DNA of 63,473 nucleotides, counting the filler, from Saprolegnia diclina VS20 (lineage: Eukaryota), in NCBI RefSeq assembly GCF_000281045.1. It is 9 parts of 2 records of this genome, joined end to end, with 100 filler letters (N's around TTAATTAATTAA, not from the genome) between each part and the next. Parts side by side here need not be neighbours in the genome. Positions count along the whole stretch, not along the records: positions 1 to 17,308 come from NW_008246075.1; positions 17,409 to 35,394 come from NW_008246075.1; 7 more parts are not named here. The stretch is one strand, 5' to 3'. The translations under genes and the position numbers were made by a program. The first letter of the stretch is position 1. Every line of letters begins with the position of its first letter. Shown piece after piece: positions 13,140 to 24,157 of this stretch. The notes under the pieces are model-generated. The model made no database searches and was not told where the DNA came from. It saw only the letters and a list, made by a program, of their open reading frames with translations.

Positions 13140-13541
13140 TTATGTGGCACTACACAAGACGAAATCAAGAGACATTTTGCTTGGCGTGACTTGCTCGACA
13201 GCTTTCTCGTCGTTCTTGGTGGCCAACTTGAGGTTCTTGAAGTCTGGTTTGCGGGTTTTTATGGCTTGGTACTCGGCTTGGTGCTGCTCGATCAGCGCCT
13301 GGATGAGAGGCATTGAGCTGCCTGGGTTCTCGGCGAGAATTGCCTCGAGACGCTTAATCTTTTGTGTGATCGCGGCCAACTGCCGGTACGGCCATTTGCT
13401 GTAGCCCCGCGACCGGCAAAGCCGAATTAGTGCACCTTCGTACGAGTCGAGCTTGGCTGCCGCCTCCTTTTGTGGAAGCTCGAAGAGGTCGCAGAGCGCT
13501 TCGTTGCTCAAGTTGGCAATCGATGGGAACGAGCGTGTCAT
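13140..13541 (-). CDS. RWP-RK domain transcription factor (133 aa, intronless)
   Basis: LSNEALCDLFELPQKEAAAKL...LIRLCRSRGYSKWPYRQL matches the RWP-RK pattern (F.LP..EAA..L.....LK..CR..G..RWP.RK), followed by a coiled coil. Confidence 0.88.
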   Translation of the reverse strand: MTRSFPSIANLSNEALCDLFELPQKEAAAKLDSYEGALIRLCRSRGYSKWPYRQLAAITQKIKRLEAILAENPGSSMPLIQALIEQHQAEYQAIKTRKPDFKNLKLATKNDEKAVEQVTPSKMSLDFVLCSAT

Positions 13542-13550
13542 GTTGATGAG

Positions 13551-13566
13551 TGAAATTGGGAAATGA
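13551..13566 (-). promoter_or_regulatory. Inr+FPR core promoter of RWP-RK gene
   Basis: Minus strand TCATTTCCCAATTTCA, 10 bp upstream of ATG 13541; supports this start codon. Confidence 0.7.
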
Positions 13567-16500
13567 CACAGCTTAATGCGGACAAACACGCGTCCGGACA
13601 CCACCGATTTGCCAAGAATTGCTTGAACGTTAAATTATTACAGATAAAAATGTACTGAATAAGCGAATGACACTGATGGAAGGGCGGTCGACAGGCCTCA
13701 CAAGATTCGTGGGGCCAGTCGCCAATCTGGTCGGGCACGAGCCTTCGTGGTTTAGACTGTTGTTCCAAGAGAATATCTCCGATTTTACTGTTGGAACCAG
13801 TAGTGCAATGACACAAGCGTTGCACAAAGGGAATGACCAGAGAAGTGCACGGTGGTACAGTGCGATGTTCGTTGGGATCGGGATCGGTCATTTTATGTCG
13901 TCACTGCATCCATCGCGTTGCTCAACCGCAGACAAAAGTTGTGTTTAAAAACTGCTCTTTTGTCGATAATTATATATGGAAGTGATTTAATTGACAACCT
14001 GTCCGTTTCCTGCGAGGTCATGGACACTGCGCACTTTGATGCCGACAAACTTCGCATGCCTCGATAGCAATGATGCTCGTTTCGCTTCATACCACGATGT
14101 ATGTACAAGGCTACTCGCCGAGTTGGCCGGGATGAGCACCCACCCACCAAGTTCCGAGGAACGGCAGCAGACGACGAGGGTGGCTCCAGCAGCAGTTCAG
14201 TATCCAGGGTGGTTTCAGCATCTTGGCCCTTCTTAGCTTACGACTCTAGCCTCATGGAGATCAGTACAAGGACGCCGTGTTGGCACACGAGACGTTTCTG
14301 TCCTCGACGCACGGCTCGTCAACCCCCCTGCTCTTAGGCCAACGAACTTGTCAAGTGCCTCCTTTCTCACCTATCACGTGTTGTCGCTGTTCCCGCTGGA
14401 AGATGAGGACGCATTCCCCATCGTCACCGACTTCTCTGCAGTGACGGGCCAAGTTGGCGTCGTCGTCATGGGTAATATCGGTCATGAATACGGTCAACAC
14501 CTTTTTCGATGTGCAGTCTGGTTGTCGCGTCGGTACTATAAGTCAAGAACTGATGGCGGCATGAATGCAGATACACGCAGGTCCTGGGCGACTTTACTAT
14601 CGTAATAAGGGTTCATAACCTTGGAAGAAATCGTTTGGACACCTTACAGCTTGAAAGGGCGGCGTGCACATCACTGTCTATGATTACCGTAGACATTCTC
14701 CGCCCATGGTCTCCACCAAGTCTCCACCCACCGCAGTCGGACCAGATTCAACCTGCGGCAATGCATGTTGACAGACGAAATCGAATGTTTCGAGTATGGT
14801 GCGGCACACATGACGTCGTTGGGCCATTGACAACTGCGAGGGTCTAACTGCCGTCAACGCATGCTGTTCGCCTTGTTTCCTGTCGCTTCGAGTTATACAT
14901 GCATTCGAGATATACCATTCTCGTGTAAAGTGCACGGCATAAAGGTTGCGGATACCCATCGTTGGTAAAATAGCAGCCGGTACAGTAGTCAATACTGTAT
15001 CGGATTTTGCCGGAGACTGAGGGAGGGAACTGCGGTACAGTACACAGTAGGATGGGAGGAAGCGGGCGATGGGGCGAAGCTTGCGCATCAGTCGTCACAC
15101 GAACTCTTAGTTCACGCGAGCAAATCCACTTGCAACTTGGCCCGGGCTGCCCGTGCCGACTGATATGACTCATTTATATATTGCAGTTTGTATGCGTTTA
15201 CGTTTTTGTTTTTCCTCAATCAAGACCGAGCTACTTGGGGGCAACAACCGTGTTGGTGTCCGCCATGCCAGAGGTGGGCGAGGCGGGTTAGCTTTTGACT
15301 GATACTACAAATTCGTGGATGGCTCGAGCCGCTTGCTCTGCGCCTGGATCTTGTAACGTGTGCGTGCTTCCATATCTTGGTCTTCTAGAACGCTCGGCCT
15401 TGCGCGGAAAACCTCTTCCACTTCTTGGAAACGGAACTGTCAACTTGTCTCATCGAAGAAATGGCATCGATCGAGAAGACATCGCAATGTACCAAAGCTA
15501 CGGGCAGCAAGAGAGGTTGTGGTGCACCACGTTGATTTCCACCAGCCCGGCATATTCCCTTCATTTCGTTTTTGGTTTCTATGTCCAGCTCGACGAACAG
15601 CCCAAAAATGAATAAGCTTACTATTCAAAGATGTGGGACCTGACTATCCTGTTCAACTACGGCTACTATAGTATCTACTATTGCCTGGCCGGCAACTCTG
15701 ATCCTTAGCACTGTAGTTTCGGCAAGGCTCGTGCCTCACGTGGCGTGAGGCAATATGTACATACAATACGTACAAGAGGTTAAAGACGCCATGTACTTGC
15801 TCATGTTGAATATCTAGATGGATTATGTTGGAATGAAAGAACAATGGTTTGCGAGTTTCAAAACAAATACTTCGTACATGTACTAGTTTTCGAATATGGG
15901 CCGTACGATAAAGTCAATCTCAGTCAGCTTCTCCGTCCTATACGTTGCATTGCTTGGCGGATCGTGACAAGCGGACATAAATTCAATTTATGGGAGTCTC
16001 CTCTTGATCTTTGTTGTTGGATTGACTCCATAGCATATTGTTTCCGATGGTTTTTTCTACTTTTCTACACGGTGGCGTTGGGCGGTGAGCATGGCGAGGC
16101 GTATGCTTGGTGTTTATTATGGTACGCCTTGCTTTGGAGCTACGCTAGTAGCGGCGCGTCCTTGGTCATCTCGAACTGTTTTCGGCACGGTGCTCTTTCC
16201 GTTGGGTTACATCGCGCAAAGGCAGGAGGTCGCCGATTGCTTTGCATGAGCGCAGCTAGATTTGAAAGCCTGCTATCCGTTCGAGCACGATTTTTGCGGA
16301 ACACCAAACCACTACACCAGGGCTGACCCCTTGATCGTGATCACTGGTGTCTTCAACGTGCAGCAGCATCGATTCATATGTGTGAAACATATGCTGAAGA
16401 CCGCATGGACTGCAGTGACGACCATACGTTTAACAGTAACTTGCGGTTTGCGATGGAAGCCATTGGCTCCGCCTCGATTTAAAAACAACATCCTTGCAAA

Positions 16501-17308
16501 GCAGTGTCCCCACTGCTCATATACCGGTACCGGTATATTGTACCCTCGTTTGGGACTGACCAATGTCTGTCTTTTATCACGACATTGCTCAGGGATAGGT
16601 TGGACACAATTGCACAAAGCTGCACATTGTGACAAAAAATGGACCGCGGAGGACGAGGGCAGCATAGTGGGCTTGGCTAGACAGCGCAGCGCATGACCCG
16701 AAGGGGTCGCGAGTTCGAACCCCGATTCGCGGGATTTGCTCTTTTACACCCTAAACACCCGCGTATGTTTGCAATTTATTTGTGCTTCGGCAGTCCCAGG
16801 AGCCAGCCATAGCTACGGCGCGGCGCATGAATAAAGCTCTGAGCTATGAACGATGCGCCGCCTTCTAGCGGACCTGTCGGCGACGCATTGGCCGGCACTC
16901 CACGAGCGCATAACTTCGGCGCCGTCATACTCGCGCTAACGTTCGGCAAGTAGACAGATGGATAGGTCGTTCTTGGACGCACTCAACAACATAATTAACG
17001 ACATATAAACTGGCGAGTTATTGTCCGACATAGATGTCGAGGCTTCTGCAGCCAGCAATCGTCCTAGCACACACCTCGTATGCGTGGGTTTTCCTAACGA
17101 TTCGGCGTGGACTTTATGCTGTACTCGCCCTTGGTATCCAAACTCGACATTACTACGTTAAGCCCGACAAGGGTGGTTCTCGCCTTGGTTGACACGACCC
17201 AGAAACCCAGGCCGTAGTGCTAAGCAAGGAACTTTTAGCGGCAGGTATCGTCTTGCCAAGGTCAAGCTGTGGTTTTGACGTATGTGGACGCAAACCCAAT
17301 GCGATAGT

Positions 17309-17408
17309 NNNNNNNNNNNNNNNNNNNNNNNNNNNNNNNNNNNNNNNNNNNNTTAATTAATTAANNNNNNNNNNNNNNNNNNNNNNNNNNNNNNNNNNNN
17401 NNNNNNNN
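17309..17408. other. Artificial contig linker N44-TTAATTAATTAA-N44 (12-mer here at 17353; others at 35439, 49455, 55098, 57770, 58998, 60409, 61720)
   Basis: Identical 12-mer giving stops in all six frames, centred in 100-bp N blocks, eight times. Confidence 0.97.
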
Positions 17409-17572
17409 CCACGTCGCAGGACTTTACGCCCGACCACGTACCGCTTGACCGCGTGCCGATCCCGACCATCATTCCGGACGAGTTCGACGACGTCGTGTCG
17501 CCTACCTGGCCGGAACAATCCGCCGCGACGTCAACCGCTCCAAGCGAGACGGACCCACGCGACGCTCACGCC

Positions 17573-17640
17573 CAAGATGATCAAGATGCCCAAGGCGATC
17601 AAGATTATCAAGATGCTCAAGACGTTCAAGACGATCAAGG
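17573..17640 (+). repeat. 9-bp coding-like minisatellite (CAAGAYGNN; QDDQDAQGDQDYQDAQDVQDDQ)
   Basis: About 7.5 imperfect 9-bp units within ORF 17453-17812. Confidence 0.8.
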
Positions 17641-17662
17641 AACTGCACCGAGCTCCACGCCG

Positions 17663-18028
17663 TCTGCGCTTATGTACGACGCAGCTACCGTTCAAAACAT
17701 CATCGAGACGGAAATCGCCGAACGTACACGACGACTCCTCGACGAACACGCGCGAGCCACGACACAGCTCAACAAAGCGCACCGTGACGGCCATCAACGA
17801 CAAGCTCAATGACCTCGACGCACGACTGACTTCATCCGAGGCGTCAAGTTCTTGACGCAGGTTGTCGCGTTCGCGCAATACGACGTGCAATTGACGGACG
17901 TGCTCGCGGTGCGCTTCGTTGAGCTGTGTCGTGGCTCGCGCGTGTTCGTCGAGGAGTCGTCGTGTACGTTCGGCGATTTCCGTCTCGATGATGTTTTGAA
18001 TGGTAGCTGCGTCGTACATGGGCGCAGA
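17663..18028. repeat. Inverted repeat, ~122-bp arms (17663-17784 / 17907-18028), ~122-bp spacer
   Basis: Both arms encode MYDAAT(V/I)QNIIETEIAERTRRLLDEHARATTQLN(K/E)AHR on opposite strands, with few mismatches. Confidence 0.92.
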
Positions 18029-18200
18029 GACTTGTGTCGTAGGGAGCAAAATGTAAAGTGTATTATGTAAACTGGATAATCCTGGGTACATCTGCAATCG
18101 GTGTACTCTAGCAGTTCCGACATTATCCGCCTTTACGAGTGGTAGGGTCAAGTACTAAGTACGATGCCATTCATTATACACACACAACAGTATAGTTTCT

Positions 18201-19309
18201 CTAAGGCTTCTTGCCAAGGACGCAGTTGGCGTAGTATGNNNNNNNNNNNNNNNNNNNNNNNNNNNNNNNNNNNNNNNNNNNNNNNNNNNNNNNNNNNNNN
18301 NNNNNNNNNNNNNNNNNNNNNNNNNNNNNNNNNNNNNNNNNNNNNNNNNNNNNNNNNNNNNNNNNNNNNNNNNNNNNNNNNNNNNNNNNNNNNNNNNNNN
18401 NNNNNNNNNNNNNNNNNNNNNNNNNNNNNNNNNNNNNNNNNNNNNNNNNNNNNNNNNNNNNNNNNNNNNNNNNNNNNNNNNNNNNNNNNNNNNNNNNNNN
18501 NNNNNNNNNNNNNNNNNNNNNNNNNNNNNNNNNNNNNNNNNNNNNNNNNNNNNNNNNNNNNNNNNNNNNNNNNNNNNNNNNNNNNNNNNNNNNNNNNNNN
18601 NNNNNNNNNNNNNNNNNNNNNNNNNNNNNNNNNNNNNNNNNNNNNNNNNNNNNNNNNNNNNNNNNNNNNNNNNNNNNNNNNNNNNNNNNNNNNNNNNNNN
18701 NNNNNNNNNNNNNNNNNNNNNNNNNNNNNNNNNNNNNNNNNNNNNNNNNNNNNNNNNNNNNNNNNNNNNNNNNNNNNNNNNNNNNNNNNNNNNNNNNNNN
18801 NNNNNNNNNNNNNNNNNNNNNNNNNNNNNNNNNNNNNNNNNNNNNNNNNNNNNNNNNNNNNNNNNNNNNNNNNNNNNNNNNNNNNNNNNNNNNNNNNNNN
18901 NNNNNNNNNNNNNNNNNNNNNNNNNNNNNNNNNNNNNNNNNNNNNNNNNNNNNNNNNNNNNNNNNNNNNNNNNNNNNNNNNNNNNNNNNNNNNNNNNNNN
19001 NNNNNNNNNNNNNNNNNNNNNNNNNNNNNNNNNNNNNNNNNNNACGTCGCACTCGATGATGCCGGCGCCCATGCGCGCCGCCGCGAGGTACGACTCCTTC
19101 GAGTGCTCGGGGAACATGAGGCACGCGCCGCGGTGGCCGATCGAGTACTCGGTGCGTTCCCACTTGTTGTCAGCGCACGACTCGAGCTGCGTCTTGAGCG
19201 GGCTCGGGCGCATCTCGTTGACGAGAAAGTACGGACGCTCACCGACGTCGACGCGGGCAGCAGAGGTGGCAGCGACGACCGCCGTGGCCAAGGTGAAGCG
19301 AAGAGCCAT
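18201..19309 (-). CDS. Secreted glycerophosphodiester phosphodiesterase, copy A (middle hidden in N gap 18239-19043)
   Basis: 5' part MALRFTLATAVVAATSAARVDVGERPYFL...IGHRGA...IIECD and 3' end YYANCVLGKKP* at 18201-18238, both matching copy B. Confidence 0.88.
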
Positions 19310-19977
19310 ACTCGTACTCGTGTCGGGATATCACGCAAAAGGCAAACTGAGGCCGACATTGGTTTTTACAAAAAAATACTACGGTAGCTGTTGACTTCAT
19401 CCTTCATGAACGCACGACGGCTCGTGCAACGGGACAGGCGGCAGCGTGCAACGGACGGCCCGCAGTGTTCGCACCCATCCTGCACCCTACTCAAACCAAG
19501 ATAATTGGTCCAGCAAGGTCCACGTCGTGCGGACTCGTTTGTCGCAGGCGTGGTCCATCGTTCTCCAGACGGTGTGGCAGATCTGAGTTTGTCGAATCTG
19601 GTCTTCACACAATTGGCAAGTCCGCTCGTATACTTGCAGAATCTATTCGAGTGCTATCAGACGTGTGGTCGCCACGCGCCAAAAGCAGCTGGTGCATCTC
19701 ATACTGCCACTTGGCCGCGATTGACTACACGGAGCTTGCGATACGTGCCGCCACAGCGGTGGCTCTTCTGGCAGCATACAAAGGTTTTGATAGACAATGA
19801 ATCTAGCATCATGAAAGACCACTTTTGTCCCGTCCATGTGCTAAGGACATCTTGAACTTTGCCATTTCATCATTTGTACCGTAAAGTTCCTCCACATCCA
19901 TGTAACCTGTTGACGAAGTGTCGTTTGACAGCGACAAGTTTTCAAGCCGCTTCATAAAACCATTTCGATCGCCACCG

Positions 19978-21180
19978 ATGCATCTCGCGTTGACACTCTC
20001 GCTCGCCGCTGCTGCCACGACTGCCACGCACGTCCAAGTCGGTGAGCGTCCGTACTTTCTCGTCAACGAGATGCGCCCGAGCCCGCTCAAGACGCAGCTC
20101 GAGTCGTGCGCCGACATGGACTTCCAGCGCACCGAGTACTCGATCGGCCACCGCGGCGCGTGCCTCATGTTCCCCGAGCACTCGAAGGAGTCGTACCTCG
20201 CGGCGGCGCGCATGGGCGCCGGCATCATCGAGTGCGACGTCGGCTTCACCAAAGACCTCGAGCTCGTGTGCCGACACGACCAAGCCGACCTCCACACGTC
20301 GACCAACATCTTGATCACGCCGCTCGCGGCCAAGTGCACCAAGCCGTTCACGCCGTACGACCCGGTGACGGGCAAGGAAGCCTCGGCCGAGTGCCGCCTC
20401 ACCGACATTACGCTGGCCGAGTTCAAGACGCTCAAGGCCAAGATGGACAGCTCCAACCCGAAAGCTACGACGGCCATGGAGTACGTCATGGCGACGCCCA
20501 GCTGGCGCACCGACTTGTACAACGGCCCGACGAGCGGTACCGTGATGAGCCACAAGGACTCGATCGCGCTCTTCAAGAGCCTCGGTGTCAAGATGACGCC
20601 CGAGCTCAAGGTGCCGGTCGTGCCCATGCCGTACAACAACTTTAGCATGGAAGCGTTTGCGCAAAAGATCGTCGACGAGTACGTGGCCGCGGGCGTCCCG
20701 TTCTCGGACGTCTTTGCGCAGACGGTCGACAAGGGTAGCATCCAGTACTGGCTCAAGGCGGCGCCGGCGTTTGGTCAGAACGCAGTGTTGCTCGACTTTG
20801 CCGACACGGTCAAGGAGCTCCCGACGGCCGCTGCGCTCACGCAGCTCAAGGCCGACGGCATCAACACGTACGCGCCGCCGATCTGGGCGCTTCTGGACAA
20901 GAAGGACGGCAAGTTTGTGCCGTCGCAGACCGCGCGCGATGCCAAGGCCGCCGGTCTCAAGCTCATCTCGTGGACGCTCGAGCGGTCGGGCGTCGTCGCC
21001 ATCAGCCACGGCGGGTGGTACTACCAGACCGTCAACGACTTGGTGAACCGCGAAGGCGATGTGCTGGAGGCGCTGGACGTGCTCTTCCGCCAAGTGGGCA
21101 TTAGCGGTTTGTTCTCCGACTGGCCGGCAACCGTCACATACTACGCCAACTGCGTCCTTGGCAAGAAGCCGCAGTGCTAG
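19978..21180 (+). CDS. Secreted glycerophosphodiester phosphodiesterase (GDPD/GlpQ-like), copy B, intronless, 400 aa
   Basis: Signal peptide, IGHRGA, IECDV..TKD..LVCRHD, ELK, C-terminal GLFSDWP. Confidence 0.95.
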   Translation: MHLALTLSLAAAATTATHVQVGERPYFLVNEMRPSPLKTQLESCADMDFQRTEYSIGHRGACLMFPEHSKESYLAAARMGAGIIECDVGFTKDLELVCRHDQADLHTSTNILITPLAAKCTKPFTPYDPVTGKEASAECRLTDITLAEFKTLKAKMDSSNPKATTAMEYVMATPSWRTDLYNGPTSGTVMSHKDSIALFKSLGVKMTPELKVPVVPMPYNNFSMEAFAQKIVDEYVAAGVPFSDVFAQTVDKGSIQYWLKAAPAFGQNAVLLDFADTVKELPTAAALTQLKADGINTYAPPIWALLDKKDGKFVPSQTARDAKAAGLKLISWTLERSGVVAISHGGWYYQTVNDLVNREGDVLEALDVLFRQVGISGLFSDWPATVTYYANCVLGKKPQC

Positions 21181-21877
21181 AATGTCGAATGGAGCGAAAA
21201 AATAAATAGGTTTGTGTGATTTTTGCAGATTTACTCTTGGTTGGAGTTTACCCAAACTGAGGCGGCCTATGGCAGATCACTAGGAGGGCTCAGGCCCATA
21301 GTCTCAAACTAGTAAACCGACCGGGTCGCTCGGCCTAGGCAGTGGCGATGAAGAAGGCGGGTATCACTTGATGGGGTTAGGGTAGGGATAGGGGAAGCGG
21401 CGCACCACCGTGCATCGGACGATACTGGCAAGTGACACGCCGTCTGCTTGTTGCACTATAGTTTTGTCATGTTTGGTCACACGTCGCGAGCTGCAGCGTA
21501 GTCGTCTCTTGAGCGTAAACGTGTGGGGTATAACTGATTGAGGACCATCGCCATGACAGCAACGTCCAGCGTCTTACGTCTTGAAGCTACACGGCGCGAC
21601 GCCTCAGTGGTGTTGTATCTTTGTTGATAGCGTGGCGTTCTCGACCGACTCAGGGCGAAGAACGAACGACTCAGGTCGTTCGGATGCTAATGTCCATAGG
21701 ACCGCGAAGCACGAGTCAACTTTGACAGGGCTTGCAGTTCTGTGTATACAGCTAACGTCCGCGAACTGGACGTAAAAGGTGGCCGACATCGTGCTGTCAA
21801 TGTAGCAGTCGCTGGGCATTGACTTCGACCACGACCAGAAGCAAAAAATATAAACACAACAGCGACCAGTCGTGTTC

Positions 21878-23005
21878 TTAAACTAACGAAGCAGCTTGTA
21901 GCGCGCTGACTTCAATCAAGTCGAGAATGGTATTTTCAAAGCCCACGGTGTGTTTTTGGCTGAGTTCGATGAGGTATTCGCAAATGCTCGTTGCATCGAC
22001 CGACGCGCTTGGCTGCATCACGAGCGGCGGCCTGGCCTTTCGAAAGTACTTGATCACGGTCTCGTGGCGCTCGCGCTCAATGAGCACCCACATGACTTCT
22101 TCGGAAATGCCGGCGGTTGCATCCAACGGCAGCACTTCGTCGTCGTGGACGTTGCGGCACACGATGATCCAGCGCGTCGGCGACTCGATGTAGCGTTTGG
22201 TGATGATGCGGCGCTGCATGCAGCCGAGCTTGAGATGCCGAAGGCTGCTCACATACGACGTGTGTGCATCGACGTTCGTGAGCTGCGTGTATGAGCCGGG
22301 CACATGGGCCATGGGCACCACGCCACGGAGGACGTCCCAGATCGCGGCAGCGGTCATGTCAAATGCGACCTGCCACCGCACGAGCACGATGGTCTGGAGC
22401 AGAACGATACCGCCTTCGATTCTCGGTACGTGCTCGCGTCGCGGCTCGACGGCGTCGTGCAGATGGGCTTCAACGAACGCGCTGTCGGTCTTGGCGTAGT
22501 CCCGGTCGACGATCGCATGGAACGCCTGTAGGCGCACGAGCGGGTCGGCCACGAGCTTGAACTGCTTCCACGCGTCGCTCGGGCTGTCGGCGTAGAGCTG
22601 GAGTCGCGGCTTCTTGTGCACAAGCTTGGCGAGCGACTCGGCAAACTGCACCTGCTCTTCGAGCGCGGCCTTGAGGCGGCGGTTCTCCTGCGACGCCTCG
22701 ACTTGGCGCCGACGCTCGTCTTTGGCCAATCGCTCCCACCGGCTCGGCGGCGCCATGATCTCTTGCAGCACTTGCACTTGGTTGAGCTGCGAGAGCTGCG
22801 ACTGGAGGTCGTCGACCGTGCGTTTGAGAAACGCGAGTTCCTCGGCCTGGCGCTTGCGGTGCGCTTGCAGCGAGAGGCGCTGCCGCTCCCGGAGCGATGG
22901 CGGCGCTGGCGCCGGCGTCTGCCCCATCATGGTCGCGAGTAGCTGCGCGTCGTCGACGCTAAAGTCGAGCCCGTCGAACGCCGTCTCGGTCCACGCTTCG
23001 TTCAT
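21878..23005 (-). CDS. bZIP-like coiled coil + START/helix-grip-like domain protein (oomycete M96-like family)
   Basis: Basic region RERQRLSLQAHRKRQAEELAFLKRTVDDLQSQL, then WERLAKDERRRQVEASQENRRLKAALEEQ typical of this oomycete family. Intronless, 375 aa. Confidence 0.7.
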   Translation of the reverse strand: MNEAWTETAFDGLDFSVDDAQLLATMMGQTPAPAPPSLRERQRLSLQAHRKRQAEELAFLKRTVDDLQSQLSQLNQVQVLQEIMAPPSRWERLAKDERRRQVEASQENRRLKAALEEQVQFAESLAKLVHKKPRLQLYADSPSDAWKQFKLVADPLVRLQAFHAIVDRDYAKTDSAFVEAHLHDAVEPRREHVPRIEGGIVLLQTIVLVRWQVAFDMTAAAIWDVLRGVVPMAHVPGSYTQLTNVDAHTSYVSSLRHLKLGCMQRRIITKRYIESPTRWIIVCRNVHDDEVLPLDATAGISEEVMWVLIERERHETVIKYFRKARPPLVMQPSASVDATSICEYLIELSQKHTVGFENTILDLIEVSALQAASLV

Positions 23006-24157
23006 GGTGGCAATTCGCTTGTGTCACAGGCCACGGTTATGAAAATTACCAGCCGGTTTGAAGTGGCCAGTCAAATGCGAGTTTGCCCTTTCGCTAAAAA
23101 GGCCGCCGGACGTTACGAGCACAGTTGGTGACCCAACGTGCTAGTATTTGAGCACTTTGACATGACATGGAGAACAACAATCGCAGGGGCTTGTGCCGTT
23201 GATAGCCTAGCGTGCTGAACGATAACGCAAACTAAAGTAATCATAAGCGAGGATTGCGTCGACAAAGCTGGTCCACTGATGATGACCCGGAGACGGTCAG
23301 CAACGAATCAAGTGCGGCGTGTCACGCATGACGCTGTAGTCATACCTTATAAACGCTAGTGTAGGATCCTTGGTGCTAGTCGGCGTGGACGGGATGACGT
23401 GGCCAGTGCATGACGCTGCCGCAGCAACCTTGACTCGCGAACCTTCGCAGTTCGGGAAGCTGAAGCTTCGTGTCGTCGGCCGGTTCTTTGTGCGAATGCT
23501 TGACAAGAGGCACTACGCCTTCGGTCGCGTTGGCGTCCGCAGGATACCCGCTAATGTACCCGAGCAATGGTGGTATGCCACGTATTACGGTGGACTTGAA
23601 GTGCGATGCACCAACTCGACGGCTGGGCCATAATGAGGCGCAGTAGGTGAGTGGCGACAGAGCGACTCGTCCACAATGGCTCGGTTCACGGTGAGTGAGC
23701 TCTGGTTGTGTGTCGCGTTGGCCATGCAGGCGGTTTGTTCATTCATATTGCAGCAGCTATCAACTAAAGTTCTGTTTGTTTAACGAGGTGCAGTAATAGT
23801 ACATTACTAAACTCTCAAGCTGTGAATACGTTGTCTCGTTCACCGTGGCATCTCTCGCATCGAACGTTGTGCCACATATATATGGCACTCGTGGCTAGCT
23901 TTGGCTCGTGTCCTTGAGTGAACCGCCATTGATTGAGTACCGTCAAGAGCTCAGCATAGTCGCGATATCTAGTCTTTGTGGTGAATGACATGTTGTACAT
24001 GTGTATGCCGCCGTCCACTCCAGTGTGACGAACCACTGGTGCCCCCTGGGTGTCCTCCTTCTTGGGACATCGTGGCAGCACCATGGAAATCCTGTAATAC
24101 TACAATTTGATTGGCTTCTTTTTGTCCAATCGAACGCGTTTCATTCCCAAGCGAACG

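Noticed and set aside
14030..16660. Scattered short ORFs suggesting decayed genes or transposons
   Set aside because: Frequent stops and no motif I can identify; not assignable without a search.
19809..21255. Long antisense/alternate-frame ORFs (e.g. 19942-21255, 6609-8093, 51168-52211, 52258-53247)
   Set aside because: Shadow ORFs caused by strong GC3 codon bias of the real genes; no recognisable domains.
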